Shown here piece after piece: positions 31,381-42,724 of a DNA stretch of 64,000 nt (positions are counted from its first letter, which is position 1; each line of letters begins with the position of its first letter). Below the pieces are notes generated by a model, which was given only the letters and a program-made list of their open reading frames with translations, ran no database searches and was not told the DNA's origin. Both the position numbers and the translations under genes were made by a program. The stretch comes from Alphaproteobacteria bacterium (GTDB taxonomy: Bacteria; Pseudomonadota; Alphaproteobacteria; UBA828): NCBI GenBank assembly GCA_963422645.2, contig CAXXVO010000007.1, positions 256,001 through 320,000 on the forward strand. Direction: 5' to 3'.

Positions 31381-31766
31381 AGGTCGCGCTCGCCATTGCG
31401 CTCGGCGGCGCATTGGGCTCGGTCGGGCGCTACTACGTCATGGGCGCGGCCGAGCGCTGGCTCACGGCGCTGATCGGCGGGGGCTTCCCCTACGGCACGC
31501 TCACGGTGAACGTCGCGGGCTCCTTTATCCTCGGCGCTCTGGTCCACGGCCTCGCGGTCGCATTCGACGCGGGCGAGGTGGTGCAGCGTTTCCTCTTCGT
31601 GGGCCTGCTCGGCGGCTTCACCACCTTCTCCGCCTTCTCCGCCGACAGTATCGGCCTGCTGGAGCGGGGCGAGGTCGGCCGGGCGCTGCTCTACATCGTG
31701 CTCTCGGTGGTGCTCTCGGTCGGCGGCTTCTATTGCGGGCTCAGGCTGGTGCGGGCCATCGTCTGA
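31377..31766 (+). CDS. crcB: Fluoride channel CrcB/FluC
   Basis: GGALGSVGRY, FPYGTLTVN, GLLGGFTTFS. Confidence 0.95.
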   Translation: MKVALAIALGGALGSVGRYYVMGAAERWLTALIGGGFPYGTLTVNVAGSFILGALVHGLAVAFDAGEVVQRFLFVGLLGGFTTFSAFSADSIGLLERGEVGRALLYIVLSVVLSVGGFYCGLRLVRAIV

Positions 31767-32758
31767 TGGCAGGCGTCGCTACGCTCGAGATCGCGCCCGA
31801 GGACGGCGACCAGCGGCTCGACCGCTGGTTCAGGCGGCACTACCCCGCCCTCGGCCACGGCCGCCTGGAGAAGCTGCTGCGTACCGGCCAGATCCGGGTG
31901 AACGGCAAGCGCGCCCGCGCCGGCACACGCCTTGCGCCCGGCGACCGGGTGCGCGTGCCGCCGCTCGGCGATGACGGAGAGAAGCGCGCATGGCGCCGAT
32001 CCGCCCCGCCGCTCGATGAGGCCGATGCCGAGATGGTGCGGGCGGCGGTCGTTTATCGCGATGCCGACATGATCGTGCTCGACAAGCCGCCGGGCCTCCC
32101 GGTGCAGGGAGGCAGCAAGGTCGGACGCCACCTCGACGGGCTGCTCGGTGCGCTCCGCTTCGATGCGGCTGAAGCACCCCGCCTGGTCCACCGGCTGGAT
32201 CGCGACACCAGCGGGATCCTCCTGCTCGCCCGCCACGCGGCGGCGGCGCGGGAACTCACGGCCCTGTTCCGATCGCGCAGCCTGCGCAAGCTCTATTGGG
32301 CGCTCGTCGTGGGCGTACCGAAGCCCCCACAGGGGCGGATCGATGCGCCGCTCGCCAAGCGGCAGGTGGGCGCGGGCGAGCGTGTGGTCGCGACCGCCGA
32401 AGGAGGCCAGCGCGCGATCACGGACTATGCGCTGATTGAAACAGCCGGCCGGCGAATCGCCTGGATTGCGCTCATGCCGCGCACGGGCCGCACCCATCAG
32501 CTCCGGGCCCACACCGCCTCGGTCTTCGGCCATCCCGTCGTGGGCGACGGCAAGTATGGCGGCGAGGCGGCGTTCCCGGCAGGCTTCGAGCCGCGCCTGC
32601 ACCTCCACGCCCGCGCGCTCGAACTGCCACGCGAGCGCCGGGCGCCGCTGGTCCTCACCGCGCCGTTGCCGCCGCACATGGTTGCCGCGTGGCGCTTTCT
32701 CGGCTTCGATCCGGCGCCCGCCGACGACCAGTTCGCACCCTTCGAGGACGCGCCGTGA
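31766..32758 (+). CDS. RluA/RluC family pseudouridine synthase
   Basis: S4 domain RLDRW, DKPPGLPVQGG, HRLDRDTSG, TGRTHQLR, GDGKYG. Confidence 0.94.
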   Translation: MAGVATLEIAPEDGDQRLDRWFRRHYPALGHGRLEKLLRTGQIRVNGKRARAGTRLAPGDRVRVPPLGDDGEKRAWRRSAPPLDEADAEMVRAAVVYRDADMIVLDKPPGLPVQGGSKVGRHLDGLLGALRFDAAEAPRLVHRLDRDTSGILLLARHAAAARELTALFRSRSLRKLYWALVVGVPKPPQGRIDAPLAKRQVGAGERVVATAEGGQRAITDYALIETAGRRIAWIALMPRTGRTHQLRAHTASVFGHPVVGDGKYGGEAAFPAGFEPRLHLHARALELPRERRAPLVLTAPLPPHMVAAWRFLGFDPAPADDQFAPFEDAP

Positions 32759-33465
32759 ACGCGGCCAAGCCGAAGCGCTTCTACGAGACAGCCGAGGCGG
32801 TCGAGGCCGCAGGCGGATACGGGATCGCGCTCGACGGCAAGCCGGTGCGCACACCGGCGGGCCGGCCGCTGGCGATGCCCGGCGCGGCGCTCGCGGGCGC
32901 TGTCGCCGAAGAGTGGGCAGCGCAGGGCGAGACCATCGATCGCGAAACCATGCCGCTGACCCGTCTCGCCTGCACCGCGCTGGACCTGGTGCCGGAGCGG
33001 CGGGCCGACATCGTGGCCGAGGTCGGATCTTACGCCGAGACCGACCTCGTCTGCTATCGGGCCGACGAGCCCCCGGCTCTCGCCCGCCGTCAGGCCGCCG
33101 CGTGGCAGCCGCTGGTGACGTGGGCTGCGGCACGCCACGGCGCCCACCTTGCGCTCACGAGTTCGATTACCCCCATTGCCCAGGCGCCGGAGGCGCTCGA
33201 AGCCCTGCGGGACGCGGTTGCGGGCGAGGACGATTTCGCCCTCGCCGGGCTCAGCCTCGCGACCCGCAGCTTCGGCTCGCTGGTGATCGCGCTCGCCATG
33301 CGCGGGGGCCGGCTCGACGCGCGGGCCGCCGCCGACGCTTCGCTGGTCGACGAGCGCTATCAGCTCGAGCGCTGGGGCGAAGACGCGGAGCTTGTCGCCC
33401 GCTGCGCCCGCGTCGCCCGAGACGCGGCCGATGCCGAACGCCTGTTTCGCCTGCTCGCTGACTGA
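32755..33465 (+). CDS. ATP12 family F1-ATPase assembly chaperone
   Basis: PKRFY, LDGKPVRTP, AEEWAAQ, MPLTRL, ETDLVCYRA, WGEDAE. Confidence 0.92.
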   Translation: MNAAKPKRFYETAEAVEAAGGYGIALDGKPVRTPAGRPLAMPGAALAGAVAEEWAAQGETIDRETMPLTRLACTALDLVPERRADIVAEVGSYAETDLVCYRADEPPALARRQAAAWQPLVTWAAARHGAHLALTSSITPIAQAPEALEALRDAVAGEDDFALAGLSLATRSFGSLVIALAMRGGRLDARAAADASLVDERYQLERWGEDAELVARCARVARDAADAERLFRLLAD

Positions 33466-33572
33466 CCGCATGCCTCGGATGGCGCGGTGATGCTTGCATC
33501 CGGCGGGCCCTGCGGATAGGGTGGCGCGCCGCCGGGCCGGGGCCGGTTCGGCTCACATGAGGAGTGCGACCT

Positions 33573-34010
33573 ATGGCACGCGTGACGGTCGAAGATTGCG
33601 TTGGCTTGGTGCCGAACCGCTTCGAGCTGGTGCTGCTCGCCGCGCAGCGCGCCCGCGATATTCGCTCGGGCGCGGACCTCACGGTCGAGAAGGACAACGA
33701 CAAGAACGCCGTCATCGCACTCCGCGAGATCGCCGAGGAGACCATCGATCTCGATACGCTCCGCCATGAGCTTGAGCATGGGCGTGAAGTGGACACCGAC
33801 ATCGATGAGCCGGACGAGGATTCAATGGCGGTGCTGGCGGCCGAAGCTGCTTGGGCCGGCGTGACCGGCCAGACCCCGCCCGTCGAGGAGGAGGCCGCAG
33901 CGCCCGTCGAGGAGGAGGCCGCGGCGCCCGACGCGAAGGGCGAGCCGGCAGAAGAGCCGGCGATCGAGCCAGAAGCGGTAGCGGAAACGGCGGCGGAAAC
34001 AGAGGAATAG
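33573..34010 (+). CDS. rpoZ: RNA polymerase omega subunit with acidic C-terminal extension
   Basis: [37 protein letters not shown]. Confidence 0.96.
   Translation: MARVTVEDCVGLVPNRFELVLLAAQRARDIRSGADLTVEKDNDKNAVIALREIAEETIDLDTLRHELEHGREVDTDIDEPDEDSMAVLAAEAAWAGVTGQTPPVEEEAAAPVEEEAAAPDAKGEPAEEPAIEPEAVAETAAETEE
33877..33930 (+). repeat. 24-bp tandem duplication in the rpoZ tail (PVEEEAAA x2)
   Basis: CGCCCGTCGAGGAGGAGGCCGCRG twice plus a partial third unit. Confidence 0.85.
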
Positions 34011-34095
34011 CGCCGGCCGGCGGCGCATCGGGCGCGGCAGGGCCGCCGCCCGCACTGGGGGTTTCCGCCGGCGCCGGCCGGGCGCGTCAGCGGAC

Positions 34096-36246
34096 GTGAT
34101 CCGGCAATACGAACTCGTTGAACGCGTCAAGAGCTACGAGCCCTCAGCGGACGAAGCTCTGCTGAACCGCGCCTACGTCTTCTCCATGAAGGCGCACGGG
34201 ACACAGACCCGCGCCAGCGGCGACCCCTATTTCGCCCATCCCATCGAAGTCGCCGGCATCCTGACCGAGCTCAAGCTCGACAGCACCTCGATCGCGACGG
34301 CGCTGCTCCACGACACCGTGGAGGACACGGTCGCCACCATCGAACAAATCAGCGAACTCTTCGGCGAGGACACGGCGCGGCTCGTCGATGGCGTGACCAA
34401 GCTGAGCCGGCTGGAACTGCAGTCCGACCAGGCGCATCAGGCAGAGAATCTGCGCAAGTTCCTGCTCGCGCTCTCGGAGGATATCCGCGTCCTCCTGGTC
34501 AAGCTCGCCGACCGGTTGCACAACATGCGCACGCTGCACTTCGTGCCCGACGAGAAAAAACGGCAGCGGATCGCCAGGGAAACCATGGAGATCTACGCGC
34601 CGCTCGCGGAGCGCATCGGGCTTCAGGCCTTCAAGGCGGAGCTCGAAGATCTCGCTTTCAAGGAGCTCAATTCCGACGGCTTCCACACCGTGGAGACACG
34701 GCTCAAGGCGCTCCGCGAAGAGGCCGGCGGCATGGTGGAGCGGGTCACCGAATCGCTCACCGGGACTCTCCGGAATCACCGATTGCGTGCCGCCGTCTCC
34801 GGCCGCGAGAAGCGTCCCTACTCCATTTGGGAGAAGATGCAGCGCAAGAAGCTGGCTTTCGAGCAGCTGACCGACATCGTCGGCTTCCGCGTCGTCACCG
34901 ACAGCGAGGAGGATTGCTACCGGGCGCTCGGCATCGTGCACCGCACCTACCCGATGGTGCCGGGCCGCTTCAAGGACTACATCTCGACGCCCAAACCCAA
35001 CGGCTACCGCTCGCTCCATACCGCCGTGATCGGGCCCGAGCAGCGGCGTATCGAGATCCAGATTCGCACCCGCGACATGCACGAGGAAGCCGAGTACGGC
35101 GTCGCCGCCCATTGGCTGTTCAAGCAGGCGGGCGACGTTCACGACAACCGTCAGCAGCGCTGGCTGCGCCCGCTGCTCGAAATCCTCGACAAGGCCTCGG
35201 GCCCTGAGGAGCTGCTCGAGCACGCCAAGCTCGAGATGTTTCAGGACGAGGTGTTCTGCTTCTCCCCGCGCGGGGCCCTGATCACGCTCCCACGCGGGGC
35301 GACGCCGGTCGACTTCGCCTATGCGGTGCATACCGATGTGGGCGACACCACGGTGGGCGCCAAGGTCAACGGGCGCATGGTGCCGCTCTGGACCCAGCTG
35401 GAGAACGGCGATCAGGTGGAAATTCTGCGCTCGAGCGTGCCGCAGCCGCAGCCCGCCTGGGAGAGTTTCGTCGCGACTGGCAAGGCGCGGACCTGCATCC
35501 GCCGCTTTACCCGGCTCAAGGAGCGGGAGCAGTTCATCACCCTCGGGCGGGCCGTCGCAGAAAAACTATTTCGCGGGGCCGGCGCCGACTATTCGGAAGC
35601 GCTGCTGGAGGACGCTCTCTCCCGCCTCAAGCAGCGCTCCGTTACCGATCTTTTGGCTGCCCTCGGACGCGGCGATCTCACCAGCGGCGAAGTCGAGGAA
35701 GCCCTCTTCCCCGCCCGCAGTCTCCAGGGCATCGCGCGCCGCGCGCTCTCGGTCGCGCGCGGCCGGCGCGGCGCCAAGGCCGGCGACGCCGGCATCCCCG
35801 TGCGCGGACTGATCCCCGGCATGGCCGTGCATCTCGCCGAGTGCTGCAACCCGCTGCCCGGCGAGCGCATCGTCGGCATCGTCACCACCGGCAAGGGTGT
35901 GACGATCCACACCATCGACTGCGACACGCTGGAAAGCTTCAGCGACACGCCGGAACGCTGGCTCGATCTGGCCTGGGAGGCGGACGCGGACGAGATGGGC
36001 ATCCACGTCGGCCGCCTCAACCTGGTGGTCGCGAACGAAACCGGCAGCCTCAGCAAGCTGACCACGGCGATCGCCAAGAACAACGGCAACATCAGCAATC
36101 TCAAGATCACCAACCGCTCGCTCGATTTCTTCGAGATGCTGGTCGATGTCGAGGTCAAGGACGCGAGACACCTCGGCAATATCGTGGCCGCCTTGCGGGC
36201 GGTGACGTCGGTGAGCAGTGTCGAGCGCGAGCGCGCGCGCCACTGA
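34096..36246 (+). CDS. spoT: Bifunctional (p)ppGpp synthetase/hydrolase (Rsh)
   Basis: Intact LLHDTVED hydrolase motif, KLADRLHNMRT, KDYISTPKPNGYRSLHT, TGS (DFAYAVHT), CCNPLPGE, ACT domain. Confidence 0.96.
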   Translation: MIRQYELVERVKSYEPSADEALLNRAYVFSMKAHGTQTRASGDPYFAHPIEVAGILTELKLDSTSIATALLHDTVEDTVATIEQISELFGEDTARLVDGVTKLSRLELQSDQAHQAENLRKFLLALSEDIRVLLVKLADRLHNMRTLHFVPDEKKRQRIARETMEIYAPLAERIGLQAFKAELEDLAFKELNSDGFHTVETRLKALREEAGGMVERVTESLTGTLRNHRLRAAVSGREKRPYSIWEKMQRKKLAFEQLTDIVGFRVVTDSEEDCYRALGIVHRTYPMVPGRFKDYISTPKPNGYRSLHTAVIGPEQRRIEIQIRTRDMHEEAEYGVAAHWLFKQAGDVHDNRQQRWLRPLLEILDKASGPEELLEHAKLEMFQDEVFCFSPRGALITLPRGATPVDFAYAVHTDVGDTTVGAKVNGRMVPLWTQLENGDQVEILRSSVPQPQPAWESFVATGKARTCIRRFTRLKEREQFITLGRAVAEKLFRGAGADYSEALLEDALSRLKQRSVTDLLAALGRGDLTSGEVEEALFPARSLQGIARRALSVARGRRGAKAGDAGIPVRGLIPGMAVHLAECCNPLPGERIVGIVTTGKGVTIHTIDCDTLESFSDTPERWLDLAWEADADEMGIHVGRLNLVVANETGSLSKLTTAIAKNNGNISNLKITNRSLDFFEMLVDVEVKDARHLGNIVAALRAVTSVSSVERERARH

Positions 36247-36337
36247 GCGGGGCACGGCCCGACCCGGCGCAAATTGTAAGATTGTGGCCCTGGCCCTATG
36301 ATCCAGCCCCCCGGCCGGCCGCGGGCACGGGGCAAAC

Positions 36338-37687
<1,350 letters not shown>

Positions 37688-37829
37688 CGATACGCCGAGA
37701 GAATGGCGTCCCCGGGGTTATCGAAACTATTCCAGGGGTTTCCGACGCACGATCCGGCGCTGGCCGCTTGATATCGCGTCGCCGCGGGGCGGCGTTCGCG
37801 CGGATGCCGCTTGTGGAGGATGCCGGCCC

Positions 37830-38543
37830 ATGATCGACGCCCATTACTGGCCGACGCCGAACGGGTGGAAGATATCCATCGCACTCGAGGAGATGAATCT
37901 CGACTACCGGATCGTCCCCGTCAACATCTACCGGGGCGAGCAGTACGAGCCCGACTTTCTCGCCATCAGCCCCAACAACCGGATGCCGGCGATCGTCGAT
38001 CACGATCCGCAGGACGGCGGCGAGCCGCTCGCGGTGTTCGAGTCCGGCGCCATCCTGATCTACCTGGCGGAGAAGACCGGCCGCTTCCTGCCGACCGACC
38101 TGCGCAGGCGCAAGACCGTGCTCGAATGGCTGTCATGGCAGCTGGGCGGCCTCGGCCCGATGATCGGCCAGGCCGGTCACTTCAAGCTTTATGCGCCGGA
38201 GCGGATTCCCTACGCCATCGAGCGCTATCGCAGCGAAATGCTGCGGCTCTACGGCGTGCTCGACCGCAGGCTCGAGGGGCGCGAGTACATTGCCGACGAT
38301 TACTCCATCGCCGACATGGCCTGCTGGCCCTGGGTCATCACCTACAAGGGGCAGAAGGTCGACCTCGACGCGTTCCCCAACGTAAAGCGCTGGTACAAGG
38401 CGCTGCAGCAGCGTCCATCGCTCAGGCGCGGCTACGACGCCGGCAAGGAGCTCGGCAAGCTCAAGATGGAGTGGGACGAGGAAACCAAGCGGAACCTCCT
38501 GCCCGGCTACCGGCCGGCAAAGGCATCGGAAAGCGCCGCCTGA
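37830..38543 (+). CDS. Glutathione S-transferase, YfcG/YghU-like
   Basis: WPTPNGWKI, SPNNRMPAI, VFESGAILIYLAEKTG, YSIADMA. Confidence 0.93.
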   Translation: MIDAHYWPTPNGWKISIALEEMNLDYRIVPVNIYRGEQYEPDFLAISPNNRMPAIVDHDPQDGGEPLAVFESGAILIYLAEKTGRFLPTDLRRRKTVLEWLSWQLGGLGPMIGQAGHFKLYAPERIPYAIERYRSEMLRLYGVLDRRLEGREYIADDYSIADMACWPWVITYKGQKVDLDAFPNVKRWYKALQQRPSLRRGYDAGKELGKLKMEWDEETKRNLLPGYRPAKASESAA

Positions 38544-38636
38544 CACACCACAGCTGACCCGGCCGAACGCGGGGCGTTCCGATCCGCTGCGCCGATCCGC
38601 TACTCCAATCCGCTGCGACGACCCGACAAGGCGCGC

Positions 38637-40472
38637 TCAGCCCGCGTCAGACCGCGCGGCGTCGATGGCGGCGAGGAAGGGTTCCGCGAACTGCTCCAGC
38701 TTGGCGGCGCCGACACCGTTGATCTCGGCGAACTCCTCTCTCGTTCCCGGCCGCCGGCGGACCATGTCGATCAGGGTGCGGTCGTGAAACACGGCATAGG
38801 CCGGCACATCGCGCTCCCTGGCCAGCTCTAACCGAAGCGCCTTGAGCGTGGCGAGCAGGCTTGCCTCTTCGTCGGTCAAGGCATCTCCGGGCTGTTCTTG
38901 CGTCTCGCCCTGTGCGGCCGAGGGGCGCCCGCCCACGCTATCGGCGCGGTAGTGGAAGGCGCCCTTGCCGCGCAAGAGGTCGAAACCCTCGTCGCTGATC
39001 GCGAGGCCGCCATAGCCCGCGATGTCGAGCCGCAGGAAGCCCGTCGCCACCAACTGGCGGATCAGCGAGCGCCAGTCGTTCTTGCCCCGACCGGCACCGA
39101 CCCCGAAGACCGGAAGCCGGTGATGGTTGAAGCGGACGATCTTCTCGGTCTCGCTGCCGCGCAGGATGTCGATCACGTGGGCCGCGCCGAAGCGCTGGCC
39201 GGAGCGCTGGACCGTCGACAGGATCGTCCGCGCCTCTTCGGTCCCGTCGCGGCGCTCGGCCGGGTGCAGGCAGCCGTCGCAGTTGCCGCACGCGCCGCTG
39301 CGCTCGCCGAAATACTCAAGCAGCACCACCCGCCGGCAGGCCGGCGCCTCGCAGTAGCCCAGCAGCGCGTCGAGGCGCTTGTGCTCGCGCCGCTTGCGCT
39401 CGGGCCCCGCGTCCTCCTGCTCGATGAACTGGCGGCGCATCCTGATGTCGTCGAGGCCGTAGAGCATGTGCGCCTCGGCCGGCGCGCCGTCGCGCCCGGC
39501 ACGGCCGATCTCCTGGTAGTAGGCCTCGACGCTGCCCGGCAGGTCGGTGTGGAAGACGAAGCGCACGTCCGCCTTGTCGATCCCCATGCCGAAGGCGATG
39601 GTGGCGACGATGACCACGCCGGGCTCGGTCATGAAGGCGTTCTGGTGGTCCTCCCGTTCATCCTTGCCCATGCCCGCGTGGTAGGGGAGCGCCCGCACGC
39701 CGTCTGTGGCCAGCATGGCGGCGGTTTCCTCCGTCTTTCGCCGCGACAGGCAGTAGACGATGCCGCTTTCGCCCTTATGGCGGGCGACGAAGCTGCGCAA
39801 CTGGCGCTTCCAGTCGCGCTTCATTTGCACCCTCAGCCTGATGTTGGGGCGGTCGAAGCCGAGCACAAACTGCTCGACCCGGCCGCCGAAGAGCTTGTCC
39901 GCGATATCGTCGCGGGTCACGACGTCGGCCGTCGCCGTCAGCGCCGCGATCGGGGTGCCGGGGAAGAGCGCGCGCAGCCGGCACAGGTCTTCGTATTCCG
40001 GGCGGAAGGCCGGGCCCCACTGGGAGATGCAGTGGGCCTCGTCGATGGCGAAGAGGACGACCGGCAGGCGGGCGAGCGCCTCCAGCATGCGCCCGGTCAT
40101 CAGCCGTTCGGGGGCCATGTAGAGCAGCCGCGTCTCGCGTGCCGCGGCGCGGCGCCAGGCGGCAACGTTTTGGCTGCGGTCATTCGCCGAGTTGATGCAG
40201 TCCGCCGCGACGCCCGCGAGCCTGAGCGCCGCCACCTGGTCCTGCATGAGCGCAATCAACGGAGACACGACGACGGTGAGCCCGTCCATGACCAGCGCCG
40301 GGATCTGGAAACAGAGCGACTTGCCCGAGCCGGTCGGCATGACGGTGAGCGCGTGGCGCCCGGCGAGCAGAGCAGCGATCACGGCTTCCTGGCCGGGCCG
40401 GAACTCCTCGAAGCCGAAGACCTCGCGCAGCACCCGGCGCGCCTCAAGAATGGGTTCTCCCGTCGTCGCCAT
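38637..40472 (-). CDS. recQ: ATP-dependent DNA helicase RecQ
   Basis: MPTGSGKSLCFQ, DEAHCISQWG, ATIAFGMGIDK, YYQEIGRAGRDG, Zn cysteines, RQC and HRDC domains. Confidence 0.97.
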   Translation of the reverse strand: MATTGEPILEARRVLREVFGFEEFRPGQEAVIAALLAGRHALTVMPTGSGKSLCFQIPALVMDGLTVVVSPLIALMQDQVAALRLAGVAADCINSANDRSQNVAAWRRAAARETRLLYMAPERLMTGRMLEALARLPVVLFAIDEAHCISQWGPAFRPEYEDLCRLRALFPGTPIAALTATADVVTRDDIADKLFGGRVEQFVLGFDRPNIRLRVQMKRDWKRQLRSFVARHKGESGIVYCLSRRKTEETAAMLATDGVRALPYHAGMGKDEREDHQNAFMTEPGVVIVATIAFGMGIDKADVRFVFHTDLPGSVEAYYQEIGRAGRDGAPAEAHMLYGLDDIRMRRQFIEQEDAGPERKRREHKRLDALLGYCEAPACRRVVLLEYFGERSGACGNCDGCLHPAERRDGTEEARTILSTVQRSGQRFGAAHVIDILRGSETEKIVRFNHHRLPVFGVGAGRGKNDWRSLIRQLVATGFLRLDIAGYGGLAISDEGFDLLRGKGAFHYRADSVGGRPSAAQGETQEQPGDALTDEEASLLATLKALRLELARERDVPAYAVFHDRTLIDMVRRRPGTREEFAEINGVGAAKLEQFAEPFLAAIDAARSDAG

Positions 40473-40532
40473 CAGCTGCACCGCGCCGCCCTCACGTCAA
40501 TCACCGACAGGCGGGGCGACGCTCGTCCGCGC

Positions 40533-41291
40533 TCACCCCCGATGATCCTCGGCGGCATCCTGCGGCGAGAAGCCCAGCACCTCTGCGGCGTGGGAGAGAT
40601 CGCGATAGCCCCACTTGTTGTCGGACTGGATGAAGAAGATGTCGTAGCGGATCGATTCGTCCAGGTCGACGGCGCGTTCGATGGCGTCCACGACATCCCG
40701 CTGACTGCACCACACCGAGAACGTCCGCGCATCCACCGGCCGGTCTTCGGCGTTGACGAAGCCGATGCGCAGCGCGATGACGGAGAGATCGAAGCTGTCC
40801 GCGTAGTAGCGCGCGAGCGCCTCACCCCAGATCTTGGTACTCGCGTAAGGGCCTTTGGGGCGCGTCGCCATGTCATGGCGTATCCGCACCCAGTCGGCGG
40901 GCAGGTCGTCGTAGCGGCCTTCGACCAGCGCGCGATAGGGCTCTTCACGCTCCCAGCCGGCGACGGTCGCGCCGGAGCTGGCGAAGACCACGCGCCTGCA
41001 GCCGGCGAGCCGGGCCGCTTCGAGCACGTTGCGGGTGCCGATGATGTTGGTGTCCCGCAACTCTTCCCACGTGTGGCCATCGCCGGCCTTCGCCGCGAGG
41101 TGGATGACGGTGTCCCGGCCCTCGAAAGCGGGTCGGATCGCGTCGAGATCGGAGAGGTCCGCACGCACCGTGGCGACGCCGGGGACGTCGCTCCGATTGA
41201 GGGCGGTGAGCCGCGCACGGGGTTCCAGACGCTCGCGTACGGCCGTCCCGATAAGGCCGCTCATGCCCGTAATCAGAATATCCTGGGCCAC
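40533..41291 (-). CDS. NAD-dependent epimerase/dehydratase (extended SDR, uronate dehydrogenase-like)
   Basis: ITGMSGLIG, VIHLAA, VFASS, YASTK (YxxxK), LRIG. Confidence 0.88.
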   Translation of the reverse strand: MAQDILITGMSGLIGTAVRERLEPRARLTALNRSDVPGVATVRADLSDLDAIRPAFEGRDTVIHLAAKAGDGHTWEELRDTNIIGTRNVLEAARLAGCRRVVFASSGATVAGWEREEPYRALVEGRYDDLPADWVRIRHDMATRPKGPYASTKIWGEALARYYADSFDLSVIALRIGFVNAEDRPVDARTFSVWCSQRDVVDAIERAVDLDESIRYDIFFIQSDNKWGYRDLSHAAEVLGFSPQDAAEDHRG

Positions 41292-41483
41292 GCTTGGTTA
41301 TCCTTCTCCGACGCCAATTCGGTGCTGGTTCCAGGGCACCTGCTCCTGGTGTCAGTGGAATCGCCCCCGATGTCGGACCATTCCAACTCCAAGCCCGGAC
41401 CACTTCAACAACGGCGTGGCGAGACCCAAGGAGAGAGTCTGAGGCATCGGCCCGCTGGCGAGGGCCGAGGCGGCACTCATCGT

Positions 41484-41525
41484 ATGATTCAGGTCAAACC
41501 GCATGACGTGCCGGGTATGTAGCAT
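41484..41525 (+). promoter_or_regulatory. Putative FNR/FixK-type box and -10 element upstream of the idr-like operon
   Basis: ATGAT-TCAG-GTCAA (41484-41497; 8/10 to TTGAT-N4-ATCAA) and TAGCAT (41520-41525) at class II spacing. Confidence 0.5.
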
Positions 41526-41615
41526 TTGTTTCATGCATCGGCAGGCAGGGCGGCGCTACAATCGTTAGCAATTGGATTCGGCCGTGCGCACTTGGTGCGG
41601 CGCTAAGGAACCAGG

Positions 41616-42713
41616 ATGCGTGCGATGACACGGATATTCGGGCTGATCGTCGCGGGCATCCTCGGGCTTGGCGTCGCGGGAAGCGCCGCGCTGGCGGATG
41701 CTGGAGGGGCGATCGCGCCCAAGGAGGCCCCGCCTGCGCTCGCCGAACTGGGCAAGCGCTTGTTCTATGACGAGCGGCTTTCCGGCGACACCTCGCTCGC
41801 CTGCGCGAGCTGCCACCAGCCGGAATACGCGTTTAGCGACGGCGAGGCGCTTTCCGCCGCGTACACGGGTGCGAGTCACTTCCGCAACACGCCGACCCTT
41901 GCCAATGCCGGCCACCGCGCCGCGTGGATGCACGACGGCCGTCTCGGCACGAATCTCAACGACGTGACGCGCGAGATGATCACCGAGACGTATTTGATGA
42001 ACATGGACATGCGGCTGATGCAGGAGCGCCTGAAGCAGGACCCGGTCTATGTCGAGATGTTCGGCGCCGCGGGTCTGGGCGAGCCCTCCAACGGCGGGGC
42101 CCGCAAGGCGCTGGCGGCGTTCGTCGGCACCATCGTCTCGCGCGGCGCCGCCATCGACTCAGGCACCATGTCGTCAGCGGCACAGCGGGGCGCACTGCTC
42201 TTCGAGGGCCGCGCCGGCTGCGTGCAGTGCCATGCGGGCGCGCGCTTCACCGACGACAGCCCGCACAACACCGGCGTTCCCGACAACCCCGAGATCTGGG
42301 CGGATCCGGAACGGCACTCGGCCTTCGTCACCTATGCCAAGTTCATGGGTGTCGAGAACTACATGAACCTGCGCGAGGACCTCGGCGCCTACGTGCGCAC
42401 GCACCGGGACGAGGACAAGCGCAGCTTCCTCACGCCGACGCTGCGCGAGCTCACTTGGACCGCGCCCTATATGCATAACGGGGTGTTCGGGACCCTGGAG
42501 GAGGTCGTGGACTTCTACGACGCAGGGGGCGGTGACGATCCTCTGAAAGACGCGCGACTGAAGCCGCTCGGGCTGGTGCCGAGCGAGAAGGCCGACCTCA
42601 TCGCCTTCCTCCAGGCGCTGAGCGGCGAGACCTTCGACACCGACGAATACGTCTGGCGCGCGGACGACTACGACTACGCGCTGATCGAGAACTGGCGCAA
42701 CGAGCCGAACTAG
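41616..42713 (+). CDS. idrP: Di-haem cytochrome c peroxidase/MauG-family protein (IdrP-like, first copy)
   Basis: Signal peptide, LGKRLFYDERLSGD, CASCH and CVQCH haem motifs, RNTPTL, TPTLREL..TAPYMHNG. Confidence 0.88.
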   Translation: MRAMTRIFGLIVAGILGLGVAGSAALADAGGAIAPKEAPPALAELGKRLFYDERLSGDTSLACASCHQPEYAFSDGEALSAAYTGASHFRNTPTLANAGHRAAWMHDGRLGTNLNDVTREMITETYLMNMDMRLMQERLKQDPVYVEMFGAAGLGEPSNGGARKALAAFVGTIVSRGAAIDSGTMSSAAQRGALLFEGRAGCVQCHAGARFTDDSPHNTGVPDNPEIWADPERHSAFVTYAKFMGVENYMNLREDLGAYVRTHRDEDKRSFLTPTLRELTWTAPYMHNGVFGTLEEVVDFYDAGGGDDPLKDARLKPLGLVPSEKADLIAFLQALSGETFDTDEYVWRADDYDYALIENWRNEPN

Positions 42714-42724
42714 GGGAAGCCGCC

